Below are positions 24,401 through 39,568 of a DNA stretch of 64,000 nt, piece after piece. Within the stretch, counting starts at the first letter, position 1; every line of letters begins with the position of its first letter. Source of the DNA: Tubulanus polymorphus (taxonomy: Eukaryota; Animalia; Nemertea); NCBI RefSeq assembly GCF_964204645.1, contig NC_134025.1, forward strand, positions 7,626,001 to 7,690,000. Reading direction: 5' to 3'. The notes beneath the pieces are model-generated. The model worked only from the letters and a program-made list of their open reading frames with translations, was not told the origin of the DNA and made no database searches. The translations under genes were made by a program, and so were the position numbers.

Positions 24401-25249
24401 GACCCAAAGTGCCTTCATATTTGGCCTGATCAGCACCCAATTTTTTGGGGATATTTTGCTTAATCTTTTCAACACATACCTCAAATTTGGTCTTAATTAA
24501 ATACCACCCGTGAAACTGTGCAGTCTCAATATAGGCCTACCATCATTTTATATCCATTGATTTTTCACATGGCATTGAAGGATTGTCAAAAAGTCTTCAT
24601 TTTCTCATGTTGAAGAGAAAAGGTTTGAAATTCTTGAGATGTTTCCTGTTTCCATGCTTATAAACCATATTTTTGATGATTTGAGATTAATTTAAAACGT
24701 TGGGCACGTGAACAAATTGTTAAAATTGATTTAGGCATAGTTCATTAAGTATTCTCTGCTCTGATTCAGATTGAAAGAAATTGATTCAATGACGACTTTG
24801 CCTTGGTATCGGTACTATCAAATTAAGACCAAATTGATTTAGGGCTCCTATTAATTATGGCATGTTTCAAAGTTCAAGAGAATAAATCAATCAGTGGAAC
24901 CTTGCTAAAACCAACTGGGATAGGCCGAATATAGAATTTTGTCCAAATTAAGACAATTTGATTCATCCATGGCTTGTAGCCTAGGGCGCTGTAAGTACAT
25001 TCAATTCATGCAGCAAAGATTTCCGCATGATTTTGCGCGTTGTTACACAACCTCATTCGTCACGGAACTTTGATCCAGGTAAAACCTCCCTTCTGGATCC
25101 CCTAAATTCGAGCACTGTGGAAGCATAAAAATCTAGCTTGAAATTAAGGCCTAAGCTCATCCTATCATCATTTTTTGAGTGCATTTTTCTCGCATTTTTT
25201 CGATATTTACAGTTCGATTGGCAGCCATTACTCCTACTGATGAAAGGAA

Positions 25250-25289
25250 CGCCATCTATTGAATGAGCGATTGACCCGCCATCTACCGG
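25250..25289 (-). promoter_or_regulatory. Two tandem CTCF-like motifs upstream of THADA
   Basis: CGCCATCTATTG (25250-25261) and CGCCATCTACCGG (25277-25289) resemble the reverse complement of the CTCF core (CCNNNAGATGGCG). Motif match only. Confidence 0.35.
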
Positions 25290-25526
25290 TTCCTCGATTC
25301 AAGCGGTTCCCTGAATACTACTCCAACAAGTGTACGATATGAAATATAACCAGTGGCCCGCGAGTATGGATAACGGAGTGCGAATTTGCAAACACTATGT
25401 ATTGTCCACCCTTAAATCATTGGCGCGCAATTTCAAGGTCGCGAGGATCCGAAAATAAATTTAAATCAACTTTTGCATTTGAAATTTATTTATTTATACT
25501 CCAACCAAGACATACATTTCGAATAC

Positions 25527-28500
25527 ATGTACTTGATGGACGACGAAGTTTTAGACAAAATCGATGAGATAATATCGAATTCAAGGTAGAGCGAAAAGCT
25601 GACACTCATGTTGAAGTAGAACTAATAAGTCTAAAAGTAAAACTAAAGAACTGAAAGAACTAAAAAGACGAGACGTATTTATATTTCCTGTCTGCCTGCC
25701 TGCTAAAAAAAAATCTAATTAGTTTTCCTTCTTCTTTCAATGCAGAGGATCCAAACTTGTAAAACTTACAGCAAATGAGTTTAAAATTCTGGAAGGAGTT
25801 TGGATAACATTTCAAAAAGATGGAATATTTTATCATGAAGATGCATCCTTGTTAAATGCATCAGCAGGATGGATGAGGTTTTTAAAGCAACTCGTTGAAT
25901 TAGCTATTCTGTGTAGTTCTCACACCAAGGCTCTACACATATTAGAAAAGGTGATTTGATTTTTAATAGGCATACCTAATTGAATTGATGAAAGCATATT
26001 GGTTGAAATTGATATCTATCATCTTCTTGTACTGGAATTAATTTTAAATTATCAATACCTAGGCCTAGGCCCATATTAATTTGATGCAATTCTTTCAGAT
26101 TACCAGTAAATGCTCATCTCTAGACAGTGATGGTGTGATATTTGCTATCAAAGAAAATTTGATTCACACTAAAGAAATATTGAAATGTAAGAGCGATCTA
26201 TAAACAAATATTACAAGTTTAATTTCAAACCAGTCTCAGTTGCTAAAGCTGTAGGCCCTATTTCGTTTAATTCAATTTTGAGGCTAAGATAAAGTAAGGA
26301 CTGGTGTTGAAATGTGTATGTATCTTGTAGGGTCACCTATATTAGATGTCAGCAATACTTGGAGGACTGCTTTGAAATCTCATTTCCCTGGCTTTCTCAT
26401 CAAACTAGAGGAAGAGATGAATGGAGAAATGACTCGGTCTTGGGGAGAACAGCAAAGTCTTCTTACTTGTGTGAAGGTAGGATATCCACAATTTTTATTT
26501 AGAAATTTATTCCAGAGATTTTTACATATGATACTCATATCTTTTTGCAGCTATGTTTACAAGTTCTTAACTTCTACCAGAGTGAATTCAAGGAAATTAA
26601 CTTCAATCATGTAACTTCAAGTGAATTCGGTGCATGTTTCGCTAAACTTATGCAGTATCTTATTGATATTCTCTCTGATGCTGTAAGTTTTTCATTTGCA
26701 TTTAATAAAGAGAGATGCACACAAGAAAATAACGTTTATTGTAAGAAAGTATGTATACGTTTCAGGTTTATACTCCAGGAGATGTGCATCTGCTTGCTGG
26801 ATCTGCGGTGGGTCATTTTTTGAACACACTTCCAGTTGAACAAGGAATAAATTTCTATTTGAATTTCGATCATTCATTAGGTGAGAATTATACATGTGTC
26901 GTAATATATTGTAGAGAAACATAGGCAGCAGTAATCAAAGGAAAAAAAAATTTTCTTTTCAGGTAAATCGTCAAAGCTTTCATTTGATTTGATGATGCAG
27001 GGTATAACTTCATCAGAAGACACAGCAAATTTGCAATATAACAAAGTGTGCCGATTTGGTGAATTGTGTCTTATATATGGCACGCTTTCTTCAGCATCAT
27101 CAGATATACTTCTAAATGACATTCGCTCAGATATAAACACCATAACAGCATACAAGACGTGTATACTTACTGAAGCCTTTCCGAAGATTGTCAAGTTCTG
27201 TTACACAAAGCATGTTTACCATGCATTTCAAACTTTACTCTTATGGTTTAAAACAAATTTAAAATACCTTGATCTGATGCTGCAGAGGACTCACAATTTA
27301 TCAGATAAGGCACTAGAATGTACTAGAAAGATTTTTGGTGCTGATAGTCATTTTGTGCAGAACACTACTAAAGCAATTTGGAATCACTGGGACAGCTCCG
27401 TATCTGGTGTGCCTGAATTGACATCCCAAGTGTTCACATGCTTATTGGATATTCATAAGAAAGAAATGGATTCCTATTCAATGAGTTGTGATGAATTATT
27501 TGATCATTTGCTGGAAACTCTACTGCAGATGCCATGGCAAATTAAGGGCAAGCATCGCATGCTCATTTGTTTAGTAAAATATGTTGGTATCAAAAAGGTG
27601 AGGTCTTAATCAGAAAAATTTTAAATAGATACTTTGATTTTCGTTAAATCCTTGTTCTGATTAATACCAGTAATTTGTTTAGTTGCTGGTTCTCGTTGAA
27701 AATACTACCGTAATAAGAGATGCCATAATTAAAGGGCAAGCATTGTCTACTATGTTTGTTATTGAAGGTCTTGCTGATAGATCCAAATTTGCCTAAAGAA
27801 CTATTCAAATGCCAGGCTGTAAATTTCATGGCTTCAACATCTGCAGAACTGTACAAGGAACTTATAAAACTGCAAAGAAATACGGGCCATGTTTCTGAAT
27901 GGTCTGAGACATGGCTGGATGTCATAATCGAAACTTTGATTAGCAGAAACAGGTATTTCATTCATTTGCAAACATTTACTACATTGAAGTAGATTATACT
28001 GAAATTTTCTGTGATTATTTTTGAATTTCTAGTGTTCTTCGTCACAATTGTTCCCAGTTCTGCGTGAAGTATACATTAAAGGTTTTCCCTGAAGCTTTCG
28101 ACATACTTATTCAAACCATCATTCAGAGACGACTTGAAACTGGATCTAATGATTATTTGAAATTGCACTCCAGCTACCTCTATGCATGGGTGATAGTGAT
28201 GAAATTAGCAAGACAACAGCAAATCATTGCTCTTAATGTATGTGGACGTGGTTGACGATGGGTAATCATCTACCTTTTGCAAAGCCTTTTATTTCATAAG
28301 AATTAACTGATTATCAGAAATTCTATTTCAGGGTGAAGAACCTTTACGTGAAGCTCTTTATCATACTGATGATGATATAAGAGCTGATGCCTTCCTTTTG
28401 TTAACTGTGACAAAAAAAAAATCAGGTAACTGGTATACAAAGAAAGATACTACTGGTACTGCTATTATTACATGTATTCAAGCTTTATACACTATCCTGG

Positions 28501-31500
28501 AAGATTTTGATTTGGTTCTTATCCAATTTCAGAAAATTTGAGCTGCATTGAACGTAATCTGATCAAGGAGTTTTTAGCTATAAATCTCAATATTGATTCC
28601 CCTCAATTTCGTACAGCTTTGCTGTTTGGAATTAAAGCTATATGCATTCGAGTTAGGGATAGTAGTCTGTCCTTATGGAAGGCATTTGGCAAGACTTGTC
28701 AAGCGGATAAAACTCTGCAAGGAAAGATTGATGATAATTTAGGTTTGTTAAGTGATTAGAATTTCTAATACCGGTATTTGTGATATTTGTGAAATAAGGC
28801 CTATTGATCAAGATCTGGAGGATCAATGAACACTAACAACGAAATTGAAATTGTATGTCCAGATTTGAGGGTAGCCCAACATCCAATATATATCTATGGA
28901 TCATATATTATAGATTTTGTTGACTGGATCCTAAATCTATGTACATCGAACCTATATCCTGGTGCATCGTTTCAAAGGAAGTCAACTGTGATTGAAGTGA
29001 TGACGGCATTATATGACGCGTTCATTTCAAATGAGGCTACTGGTTCGTCAATGAATTTTCATGTTTCTCTCTTTGATATTTTACTTAAATAATGTCGAAG
29101 TGAAGGTAAAATTGACGATATTCATTACAGATTCTGTTATTTTGCTCATATCATACGCACAGAGCAAGGGTTGTCTTCTCTTCCATTCTCAGACATGTAT
29201 TAAAGCATTATTGGCTTGTACGCAAGATGATTCAAGTAGTGTAAGTCTTATAAACAAATTCAAAGAACAAAATGTATTACCCGTAACTATTATTAGATAA
29301 GTACGGGAGTATCTGTTCTTTCTGTAGATTCAAATAGCAACCTGTAAATTGCTGCGGTCTACTTTCCCATGGCCAATACAGTGGACATCAATTGACCCTG
29401 AGTTGTTCGCAACACTATTACTTAGACAATGCTTGACGCTCTGTTCGAGTCCCAGACAACAGGATGGTTCGTGTGGTGCTCAACTTTTTAACATGCTAGT
29501 ATCGATGTAAGTATATTCTTAGGTAGTTACTATCCATAATCAAATTCCAGGATATGACTCAGTTTCCATCTTTTTATAGGTATGTGATACAGTGTAAATG
29601 GCATTTCAAAACTGAAAATGATTTGGCCACAGTATCAATGGAAAAAAGTGGTTTCCCTTTGATAGAATCGGTTGAATTTCTTATTAATGAAATAGAAGTT
29701 TCCGTGCTGAGAGCAGAAGAAAATATTCAGTTAGCAGCTAGTACATCTCCGGGATATGGCTTAATACAATGTCTGCTGCAAACATTGAGACTAGTCAATG
29801 CAGAAATGTGTGAGAGTGGTTCTGTGGAGTGGATGAAGACTGTCGAAAAGATGCTGTCATTGTGTAGAACAGTCATTAATGATGTCCTATCTGTTTTAGG
29901 AGGTTGCGCTGAAGATAAAGGTCACTATTGTTACATAGTTATAAGCTTACTCCAGTATTTTAAGATTGAGATCATTAACCTTTTGAATGTACATTTTGTA
30001 TTCAGCCACTTCACCATCATTTGCAAAGATGGGATTATCAATTTTGACAGCCGCTAATCAATTTGATGAGGACATTGAAGATTCGACAATCCTCTCTGAA
30101 CACTATAAAAGGGTTCTCACTTGGTGTTGGCTTAACTTAAAGGTAACAGTATATCTGACAATACAATTGTATGTATTCGGGCTTGTATTTAAACATTTCA
30201 AACTTGGACTTATTTTCTAGGAATGCAGTTTACTATTAGGTCAAATAGTTGAGTCATTTGGAGTAGATGGGGTAATATTGTCAGAGAAGTCTATTATTCA
30301 GGACATAGCTGATTTATTTTATAAGATTCTAACTAAGTGCAGACACAGGGTATGTTTTACACCGTTTAACTATTCGATATTCCCGTTACACTGTAAACCG
30401 TACAAAGCCACATTGTCTTGTTTTGTTTCTTAAAGGGAGCAATTGAAAAGTGCAATAAAGGATTTTTGCAGTTTTGCTCGTGCTTAATTACATCAAAATG
30501 CCGAAGCATTCAGGAAATTCCCAAACAAATACTGCAAAAGGTAGATAAAATATTATACAATGAAATATAATACAAGTTTATTGACGATAAGATTTTACAA
30601 TTAATACAGAGAGGTAATACGTATATGAATGTATCTCTACTATACATTGTATGTAACTAGTAGATTAAGTACGTTTCTAATGACTCATTCAGGTGCTTTC
30701 TATGCTGACGACAGTATGCAAAACATCATCAATAACCCGCAGATCAGCTGGACTCCCTCTTCTAGTCACGAGTATAGTTGCAAGTGAACTGATAACAAAG
30801 CGTGTAAATAAATTTTTGTTTCATTAGAATTTTTTTTGATACGCTACTTGTATGCTTAGTATTTTCTCTACTGTTCTTCACGTCAGACGGTTTTGTTAAA
30901 TGAAGCTGTACAAACTTTGTTAGATGTTGGTTCAACTCCACTGCCCAATGATGAAGACCAGCGCATTGACTTGCCACAGGTTCATGCCATCAACATAATG
31001 AAGGCAATACTGAAGGAGTCAAGTTTGTCATCTGCTATTCAACCATTTCTCAGTGATTTGATGATTTTTTCAATCACAGGATTCAGTTCCGCTTCCTGGG
31101 CACTAAGGAACGCAGCCACACAATTATTTGGTAAGTAATATATGATGAAAAAAGTATTTGATTCGTTCACAAGAGTTACTGCAGAGATACACTTTCATCC
31201 CCATTCAAGGCACAGTATTGTCGAAAGTTCTTGGACAAAAGAGAATGAAGGATGAAACATCAATTTTCAACTCTTCATTGACATTGAATCAGTTCTTTGC
31301 TCAGTATCCTGATTTGAGACAGTTCATGTTTGGATTATTAAGAAGTTGTCATAGCACTGGTCGAATTCAACCAACTATATTTCCTATTCTGGCCATCCTT
31401 GCTAGGCTATCTCCAGGTGCTGATATTGATCTGACAGAGTTTAAGGTAAAGACTGCGTAAAATGTTTTAACACTGCATGTACTGCCATTGTTACTGTACT

Positions 31501-34106
31501 AGATTTGCGTTCTACTTTAGGAATTTCATGAAGCATTGTTTGGTTTATTGAAAAACCCAATTTATGCTGTTCGAGAACTTACTGCTGCCTCCACTCCGGT
31601 TTTTATCGCCAAAAAAGATATACACAAATACATGCTTGATATTGTTTGTGATAAGCTGCCAAACTCTGCTGAAGTATGCAATCAGAATGAACTTCATGGC
31701 CTCCTTATGTTGCTTGAAAAACTTCTGTCCTTGGAAAGGTTGGTTTTAGGTATATCATTAACTTGTCGCTAAGGCATTTTTCAATATCCTTTTATGTTTT
31801 GTTGTTTTATTCCAGACTCAGTGTTTCGTGGCAGGAAATTTTAGACAAGCTTCTGTTGAAATCATGGATAAACACATCACAAAATCCCTGCAGTTTGACT
31901 AGAGCATTGTTCCTTCGAATTATGAACAAAGTTTGTAAATTATCAGGTGTTAGGCTCCAGGATACAATGATGCATTCCAGTATGAAAGAAATAAGTTTGG
32001 ATGGTCGAGAAAGCCTTGCAACGCATACCCAGGTATAAATGATGCTAAACATTTGGATAGATCTACTGGACGTATAATATGCATCTATATTTATGTAAAA
32101 TGTTTTGTCTGTAGATTGGCTATGGGAAATTTCAACAAGTAGTTGCGTCTTCAATAATGCAGAGTAATGCCAATGACGTAGAAAAATTATCCGAGGATTT
32201 AGAGATTTTGCTCTTGAAAAACAAGCAAGTTGAAGTAAAGAAATCGGTTCTAAACTGGTTACGCAGTACTGATACATCAAAATATTATGCAATAAAGGTG
32301 ATTATCTTTCCCAGGGAATGATTTATATCAATGGTATGTTTATCACGTAAAGTCGTCCATTTTATTTGCAGGCGCAACTTCTTGAATTTTTTGATTGTGA
32401 AAAATCTATGAACTTATTGCAAATGTGTATTGATGTTCTGGTTTCAATTCATTATGAAAGACGAGTTGAACAGACCTGCAAACCCAAAAGCTTTAGACAT
32501 ATGCTATCAAAATTGGACTCAATCTGCAAGTCAGAAAAAAGTAATAGCCTTACTGCTGGATCACTGTGTATCATTGCCATCATTTTGTCTGATAGTGAAG
32601 ACGCCTGGCAGAATGTTGAATACCGGTAAGTAAAATGTCTTCTATTGCAGTGACTGACTGAAATCAAATCTACAAATACACACTTGTCATTTTTTTCAAT
32701 TCAGGAAATTTATACTTGCTTGGAGTGAGAATTTGGTGAAAGTCAGTCATCCAAAAGAGAACGTGGCTGTCAGACTCTACTGTGCTCATGCACTGAATAT
32801 TGCTGGTGGAAAATCTTTCACGGATGAAAATTCCGAAAGCCTTTACATTCAAAAGAAGTATATATCGTTTTATCTAGTGCACTGATCAGTTCACACTAAC
32901 CTAGGAATCATCAAATATTCATATTGTCGTGTCTTTCTAGTTTGTTTGATGCTGCTGTAACGCTTCTACAAGATGAAGATCCAGAAATCCGTCGAATGAT
33001 AAGTCAATTTGCTGTTTCATTGTCACCTGCTATTGATGATGGAATTCAGGTATGGGTCATTTATCTTTTTGACTGCAATTAAAATATTGTTAAGTAACCT
33101 GCGCTGTACCTCGGGCCGGTTTCATGGACATGGTATGATTTGGTTTTAACAAAACAGAAATTTCCTAGTATCTAATTTGTCCCCGGTGATAAATGATTTG
33201 CTGAGTAGGGAATAATATACTTACCAGGTATTCTATGTCTACGTAACTGGAACTTCTGTACCATTATTGCTATCTTTTCAGTACACGAGTGTGCAGTTCA
33301 ACCATGGACTGTTCTTAGTTGCTAATTACGTCGTTCAACAGTCTAAAACTATCTCGGTCTGGCTGCCATTTATTTGCGAAAAACTCTACTTGAAAGGATC
33401 TCTCATTAATATATTACAAAAAACTGCTACATGTGAAAAGTATGTCTGTGTAATAATTGATATCTTTATTAGTGATTTATTTAAACAAGACCTAATGATA
33501 TTTCTAAATCATTCTTTAGGTCACTGATCTTGTTTGAACAAGAAGAAATAAACATGTTTGCCGAGAAAGTTAATTTGTTAACTACATTACACAAATGCAT
33601 GATGGTAGGCTTTGAGTAAACTTACATAATAAATATTTTATGACATTTAGCCCACATGTAGCAGAACATAGTTAGTGTTGTTGATTATATTTTGACCTTA
33701 GAATGCCTCCTCATTGTAGACTATTCCTGCTGGATATTTCAAGAATTCTGAAGATAATATTAACTGGTGTTACATCCAACAACTAGCGACTGATATCTGT
33801 GATGATTTCATTGATGCGATACCAGAAATTTCTCGATTATTTGAAGGTACTTATCTTATTACATTCATTGCGTAGTTATAGAGCTATCTATGTTTTAAGT
33901 GAATCATTTGTGTTTGTGTTGCAGAAAAGAATTTATTCAACATAATCTGGACAGCTAAAGTTCATGGCGTGATAGAAGGTATACTGCTGTTAGCCGATTT
34001 TCTTCAATGTCAAATTGATGATTTTTCCGATACAAGTACAAAACTGAAAGGATTTTCCGCGGTCCTGAGAGGAATATTATTGGATGGACTACCTAAGAAA
34101 ATGTAG
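25527..34106 (+). CDS. THADA: THADA (Trm732-like tRNA methyltransferase regulator, DUF2428), many short exons
   Basis: Spliced motifs CRHR|GAIE, SITRRSAGLP, VHAINIMKAIL, WALRNAATQLF, LARLSP, LLQDED and LFEQEEINMFAE. In-frame ATGs at 25527/25536 and TAG at 34104-34106. Confidence 0.9.
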
Positions 34107-35526
34107 ACAATTATAATAATATGTTAGAGATAACTTAATAAATTGTGAATTAGCAACTGATGTTGTACATGTTGGTATTATCTAGTGGGGAACAGTCCTC
34201 CATATTATCCAAGGTTCCATGAATCGCTGCATTGTCCTAGTACAGATTGCATCCTCGAAGGATGCCTAGTAAAACATCCCAGAAAATGTATAAAACTAAG
34301 GAAGAGATGGAAAGGCCAGAAAGACAGATCCAAGTTTGAACCTAATAAACTAGCCATACACATGATTATTATTATAAAAAAACAATTTATTCATCCTCAT
34401 CAACCAATGTGCAGGTTTTTACAGTGCAAAGATTAATAATACTGACTTGAAACCACATTAAATTTTCAGTCAAAAAGTTGTTTTACATCATTAAAGACAA
34501 TGCGCTATACAGTCAAAGTCCGTTATATCATTATCCTTTTTAATGCCAATGCTCATTTCACATTCAAAAAAATATTCTTTATAATGCCAAATTCGTTATA
34601 ACGCCATATTTTTCTTGGTCCCGACGATGGTACTACAACAGGCTTTGACTGAATTTTCTAGCAAAAAAGCCACACTATATATACAAAACAATTTACCACT
34701 CATGTTTGTTGGCAAAGACTTAGAAAGGATGCAGTCTACTCATTGTACAAAAGATTTACAAATTAGTGCTATGCAGTGGACAAGCGGCCAATGGCTACCC
34801 TAAATCCTAGCTATGAAGATTTTGGGAAGATGCATAGAATCTTGTTCATTTGCAAAATTATACTGGTATTGTATGAAGTAATAAATACATGTTTTGGCAT
34901 ATTGGTACAGGCTGTACAATTCTATTTACAATAATGAGCCCAACTGATAGTTTCGTGTCGTGCAGTTTTCTTTGCTCTTCTATGGATTTAATTGAATAAT
35001 AGATACATTTTTAATTGCCTTCTAGATTTGGATGTGAAGTACAGTCTAAGTGAAGTTTTACATTGCTTGTATTTCCTGGTACAGTAGAATAATACATTAT
35101 AGTCCTGATAAAACCTATGAAAATGCATACCTCAACATGATTAAAGCAAAAACCAGATAGGCAAATGCAGTATATTTTCTTTTCAATTACCAGTATGTTT
35201 TAATGCGATATTTCCTAAGTAATATACTGGTACATATATGAATCATAAATATCCTGTTTTAACCAGTTTTTAATGATAAGTCGCTACAAAATGCATGGTA
35301 CTGACCAGTTCCATAAAATACTGCCCAAATGTATACATACCAGTACAAATATTGCATGTAAAATGAAAATTTATTTGATTATTGGCAGGTATCTGTATAA
35401 AATACTATTTCTTGTTATTGAAACATAAGTTATTCTATAAATGCCATTCATATGTTTCTAGCGATTGTTTCAATAAATTTTCACAGCTGTGCATAGCGCA
35501 CACAGGTCATACCTCTGGTACATAGG

Positions 35527-38500
35527 TCATATCTCTGCTTCATCGGGAGCCTCTGCAACTAAAACCTCCCTGTTTTCATACGTCCAGAAACCATTGAGAT
35601 CAATCAAAATACTCACAACTGTATCCCCTTGTCCACTAAAATACAAAAGATATGATTATCACTGAGTTAAATCTTTATATACTCATTATGCTTAAGATAA
35701 ACAACTGCTAAAATAAATCATACATTTTATGGTTTACAAGAGAAAATTTGTACAGCGCATACCTGTTTATTAGGTCGAGTAAGGCTATCTTTAAGGGATC
35801 TGCCGGTTTAACCATATCAAAGATTTCATCTTTCACATCTATGAACGACACCGGTTCTTGACCATGGGCTCTCATTTGTTCTTGAATCGACTGAAGGCAA
35901 AGAAAAATCCGAAAATATATTAAGTCCGAATAATGCAAATGCTCATTTCAAGCCCAGCTATATCAACATATGTTTATTCTTTACTTACTCTAAAGAAGTA
36001 ATTCAGGGCAAATACATTCAAATAGCCCCTGTTCTGGACATCAAGTATTCGAAATAGATACTGTAAGGCCTGGGGCTCTTTTCTATTCTCTAAAGCCAAC
36101 ACAAAGTCGAGATAAGTCTTGTAATCCTAGAAAATGTTCGAAATATATAAATATAACAAATCTGGAATTTTCTATAGAATTTTCTCGAAGTGAATGTTTG
36201 TATTGCATTTTACCATTTCTCCATCGTAAGTAAGACACTCTTGAAAAACACGGTCAAGGAATACAGCTGTCAGCGTTCCAGTGCCATATCTGGAAATTGA
36301 ATGATAAATGGAAATTCAATTGGTAAATGTCACTGAAAGACGTGGCTTGATTCTAAGAATTTTTCTCTGCGATTGATTGTATGTAAAGATGAGTTTAAAC
36401 TCCAATAAACTACATACATATTATGAAATACAATAACAGGGATTATATTTCTAGGTTTTAAAGGCTATGTTGAAGCAAATACGCTTTCTGATATATGGTA
36501 AAATGGTTAGAAAATGTATATTCAGATAGAAGAGGAGCTTATGTAGCATTTCTTTATAATTAGTAATCGCAGAATTTGAAAATAAGATCATTGCCGTCGT
36601 AGTCAGTCCAACCGTACTCGATATTTGTGCGAGAGCAATTGACGATTTAGAATTTACATGGTCATTCATTCACCAAAAATGAAAGCACCAATTCCACTTT
36701 TTCCCGTGTCATATGAATTAAATTTCGTTCCGAGATAGGAAAAAGTTACCATCACCACCCGAACGAATCCTCTGCATTTAGAGAGTAGTGCAGAGAAACA
36801 AGAGAGATATTCTGTAGAACCGTTAGCCTACAGAGTTGGCTATAAAAGCATTTAATATTGGTCTTACCGATACCTCCCAGCAAGTGGAGGAAATGGCGTT
36901 TCTGTATAACTGCGGGGCATAACATAAAATTCATACCGAAATCAGTTCAGATCGGATCAATTTGACTACATGGAGCCATTATTTCACAACTAATCAAAAG
37001 AATAAAACATGCTGTTTCAACCGTTTGTAGAGAACTGTACCTTGAAAGTTCCTCTTTACTGAGCATTCCGTTGTGATCTTTGTCTAAATTCAAATACTGG
37101 CCGTATACTCGTAAAGCTGAAGGCGCGGAAAACCAGTTTGATTCCTGGACCTCTTTGGGTAGTTCTTCATCGCGTAGCTAAATAATCAGTCAAACAATAA
37201 CCATCATCATCGATCACCTGAATGATTTGAACAAAATAATCGACGCGTTCACAAACCTCTAAAAGATCGTCAAGAAAACTGCATGCGAGAATATCTTGAA
37301 TTTTTACGCGACCAGTTCGTAGAGGATCGAGGAAGAAAAAGAATTTGCGCACTGCCGTACAAACATAGAAGGAATAGAATGATTTCTCCAGACAGTCTAA
37401 TTGTGGTAAAGTTGGAATCAACTCGAGAATGTAGTTTTCTAAGTCCTGCAATTGAAAAGAGAAATACTTAAAAAAATTAATTCTCAATAGAGTAACTGTT
37501 TTGAAAATGAACCTGAAATATTTGATCGGCCCTTAGTAAAAAGGTAGTTCTGAATGAAACATCTTTAAAACTACACAACTTACAGACTCTTTCAGGTATC
37601 CTTGGCCAGCCACGTCATACAATGATAAACCAATACGTGTTTGATGCAGCCAAACTTTTCTCATTACGTAATTGAAAAATTGCATGATGGAAATACGTCC
37701 ATATGGGTCATTTTGGAGAAGTTTCGCAAATACAGTTGCTGTGAAAAATGGCCTGAAAGAAGAAATAATACATCATTATTAATAATCAAATCATATCAGC
37801 TAATTAAACTTATCATTTATCAATCAAAATAACAAGCAAATGCCCAGTGTCCCCATGAATAATTAGATATTTGTGGAGCGGTGTAGGTGAGTGGCAGTGG
37901 GTAGTGTTCAAGTCTGGGAAGCCAGGTCGTGGGTTCAAACCCTGTACACCGCAGCGTCTCTGGGCAAGACACTTATCATCATTGCCTCTCTCCATCTAAG
38001 AGTAAATGGGGAAACTGGCCTGATAAATGACTCTTAGTACTGAGCGCTAGTAGTTGCTCGGTATTAGAGTTATAAGCTGGGGGTTATGATGATAATTAAA
38101 TGCAAAGCACCGTTGAACATTGTATCACAGTAAAAAGAGCGTTATAGAAACCGAATTACTATTAGGCCTACATGTACTAGGACTATTTGATACATAAGCA
38201 TTTTTAGCTTACCTGCATTTGATGCCAGCTTTGTCACCAACTTTCAAGAAATCGGCATAGTTAATCATTTGCTCATCACCGACCAGTGGGGGAGTGTGGT
38301 GCTTATCCAACAGAAACCATAAACCCTACAAATACCATCCAAAATTACTGTGTCAACACTTGTTACAATACAGTGTCAGATTTGCTCTTTAATCGGCACA
38401 AAATATTCACCTGAAGTTCCTCGTTATCCAGCAACTCTTTACTTCTTCTTTGTAAGAAGACAGCCCTAGAATATCAAATTAAAGACATATCACACAACTT

Positions 38501-39027
38501 AATCTAAGCAGATAAGTGAGAATCCTCATAAATCATGGAAAGGCGATAAAAATTAGATAGGCCTACCTAGATTCTTCTCTCAGCTTTTGGAGGAGTGTCT
38601 CATCTTCAGAAGGCAACTGTAATTGAACATTTTTTAAAGCTTTAACAGAAACGAAATTATGCGAGCAATTAATAAATGATTCATGATTCAGGATCATGCT
38701 TTTTATTTGTTTTTTTTTTTGTTGGGCGAAATATTCTTACTTACTTTGTAATAAAATCGAGGGATGGCTTTGTAAGTTCCCATTCTGTGTTGATCGGGTC
38801 CTTTCCATTCTTGATAGATCTTCGTAAACAGATCCAATTCGTTGGCTTTTAGTTGGTCTAAAGATGAATTATCTGAAAATCACGACGATACGCCCGTTGA
38901 GAAATATAATTATAGTTTTCTTTCGGTAATTAAGGCGACCATAACACGGAAGTGAATGAAACTTTTAAAAATATTTACCTTTTTGACGCATTTCGTTGAA
39001 CTTTCGCAAACTATCAGCAATATTCAT
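35527..39027 (-). CDS. PPP2R3C: PP2A regulatory subunit B'' gamma (EF-hand)
   Basis: Motifs IPRFYYK, DLENYILELIPTLPQL, FYVCTAVRKFFFFLDPLRTG, NWFSAPSALRVYGQYLNLD, DVKDEIFDMVKP and ILIDLNGFWTYENRE. ATG at 39027, TGA at 35527. Confidence 0.95.
37875..38164 (+). mobile_element. tRNA-derived SINE in a PPP2R3C intron
   Basis: A-box-like head, B box GGTTCAAACCC, conserved-core-like GGGCAAGACACTT...GTAAATGGG, and an L2-type tail (GCGTTATAGAAA...ATTACTATTA). Confidence 0.75.
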
Positions 39028-39568
39028 GATGCAAGATACATCAAGCCTAATCAGCAACTAACATTAAACCGAATATCAAACTGTGATGAAGGTCTGAATT
39101 TCTAATAATTTAAATTTTTCGAGGTCGTCTCTAAAAAGGCGGCCATTTTGTTTTGCTCTGGTTGAAAAATGATAGGAGGAATCTGATTGGACGATATCAG
39201 AGCAACAGCCAATTACAATGAGCGTAACATAATCATCCGCTATTGACAGAAATATGTTCCGAAAAACACCGAATTACTGAAACCTTGGAGTAATCAGACT
39301 GAACTAAGCGATGTAACTGGTTAAAGATGACAATTCGAGATGCGGTTCTCTAAATTTGAACTGAAGCTCTGATAACTTCTATAAAAAGGTATGGTAAGCC
39401 AAATTTTGAATAGGCCTAGAGTAAATGAATTCCATTTTGTTCCTCTCTGTCTCACTCTCAGACTCAGCAACTTCTTAAACTTGACTCAAACTGTGTGATT
39501 AGTCTCAGATTGATACCTGATTGCCCATCATCTTTTTCTTTCAGAGGAATGTTTATGTCAGATTTCAT
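39028..39568. promoter_or_regulatory. Probable bidirectional promoter shared by PPP2R3C and the Kelch gene
   Basis: Start codons are divergent and ~540 bp apart. YY1-like GCGGCCATTTTG (~39139) and oppositely oriented CCAAT boxes (CTGATTGG ~39183, GCCAAT ~39208). Confidence 0.55.

Noticed and set aside
7627-25409. 14-bp direct match TATGTATTGTCCAC at 7627 and 25396 as the TSD of a giant insertion
   Set aside because: Several 14-mer matches are expected by chance in 64 kb of AT-rich DNA, and there are no adjacent TIRs.
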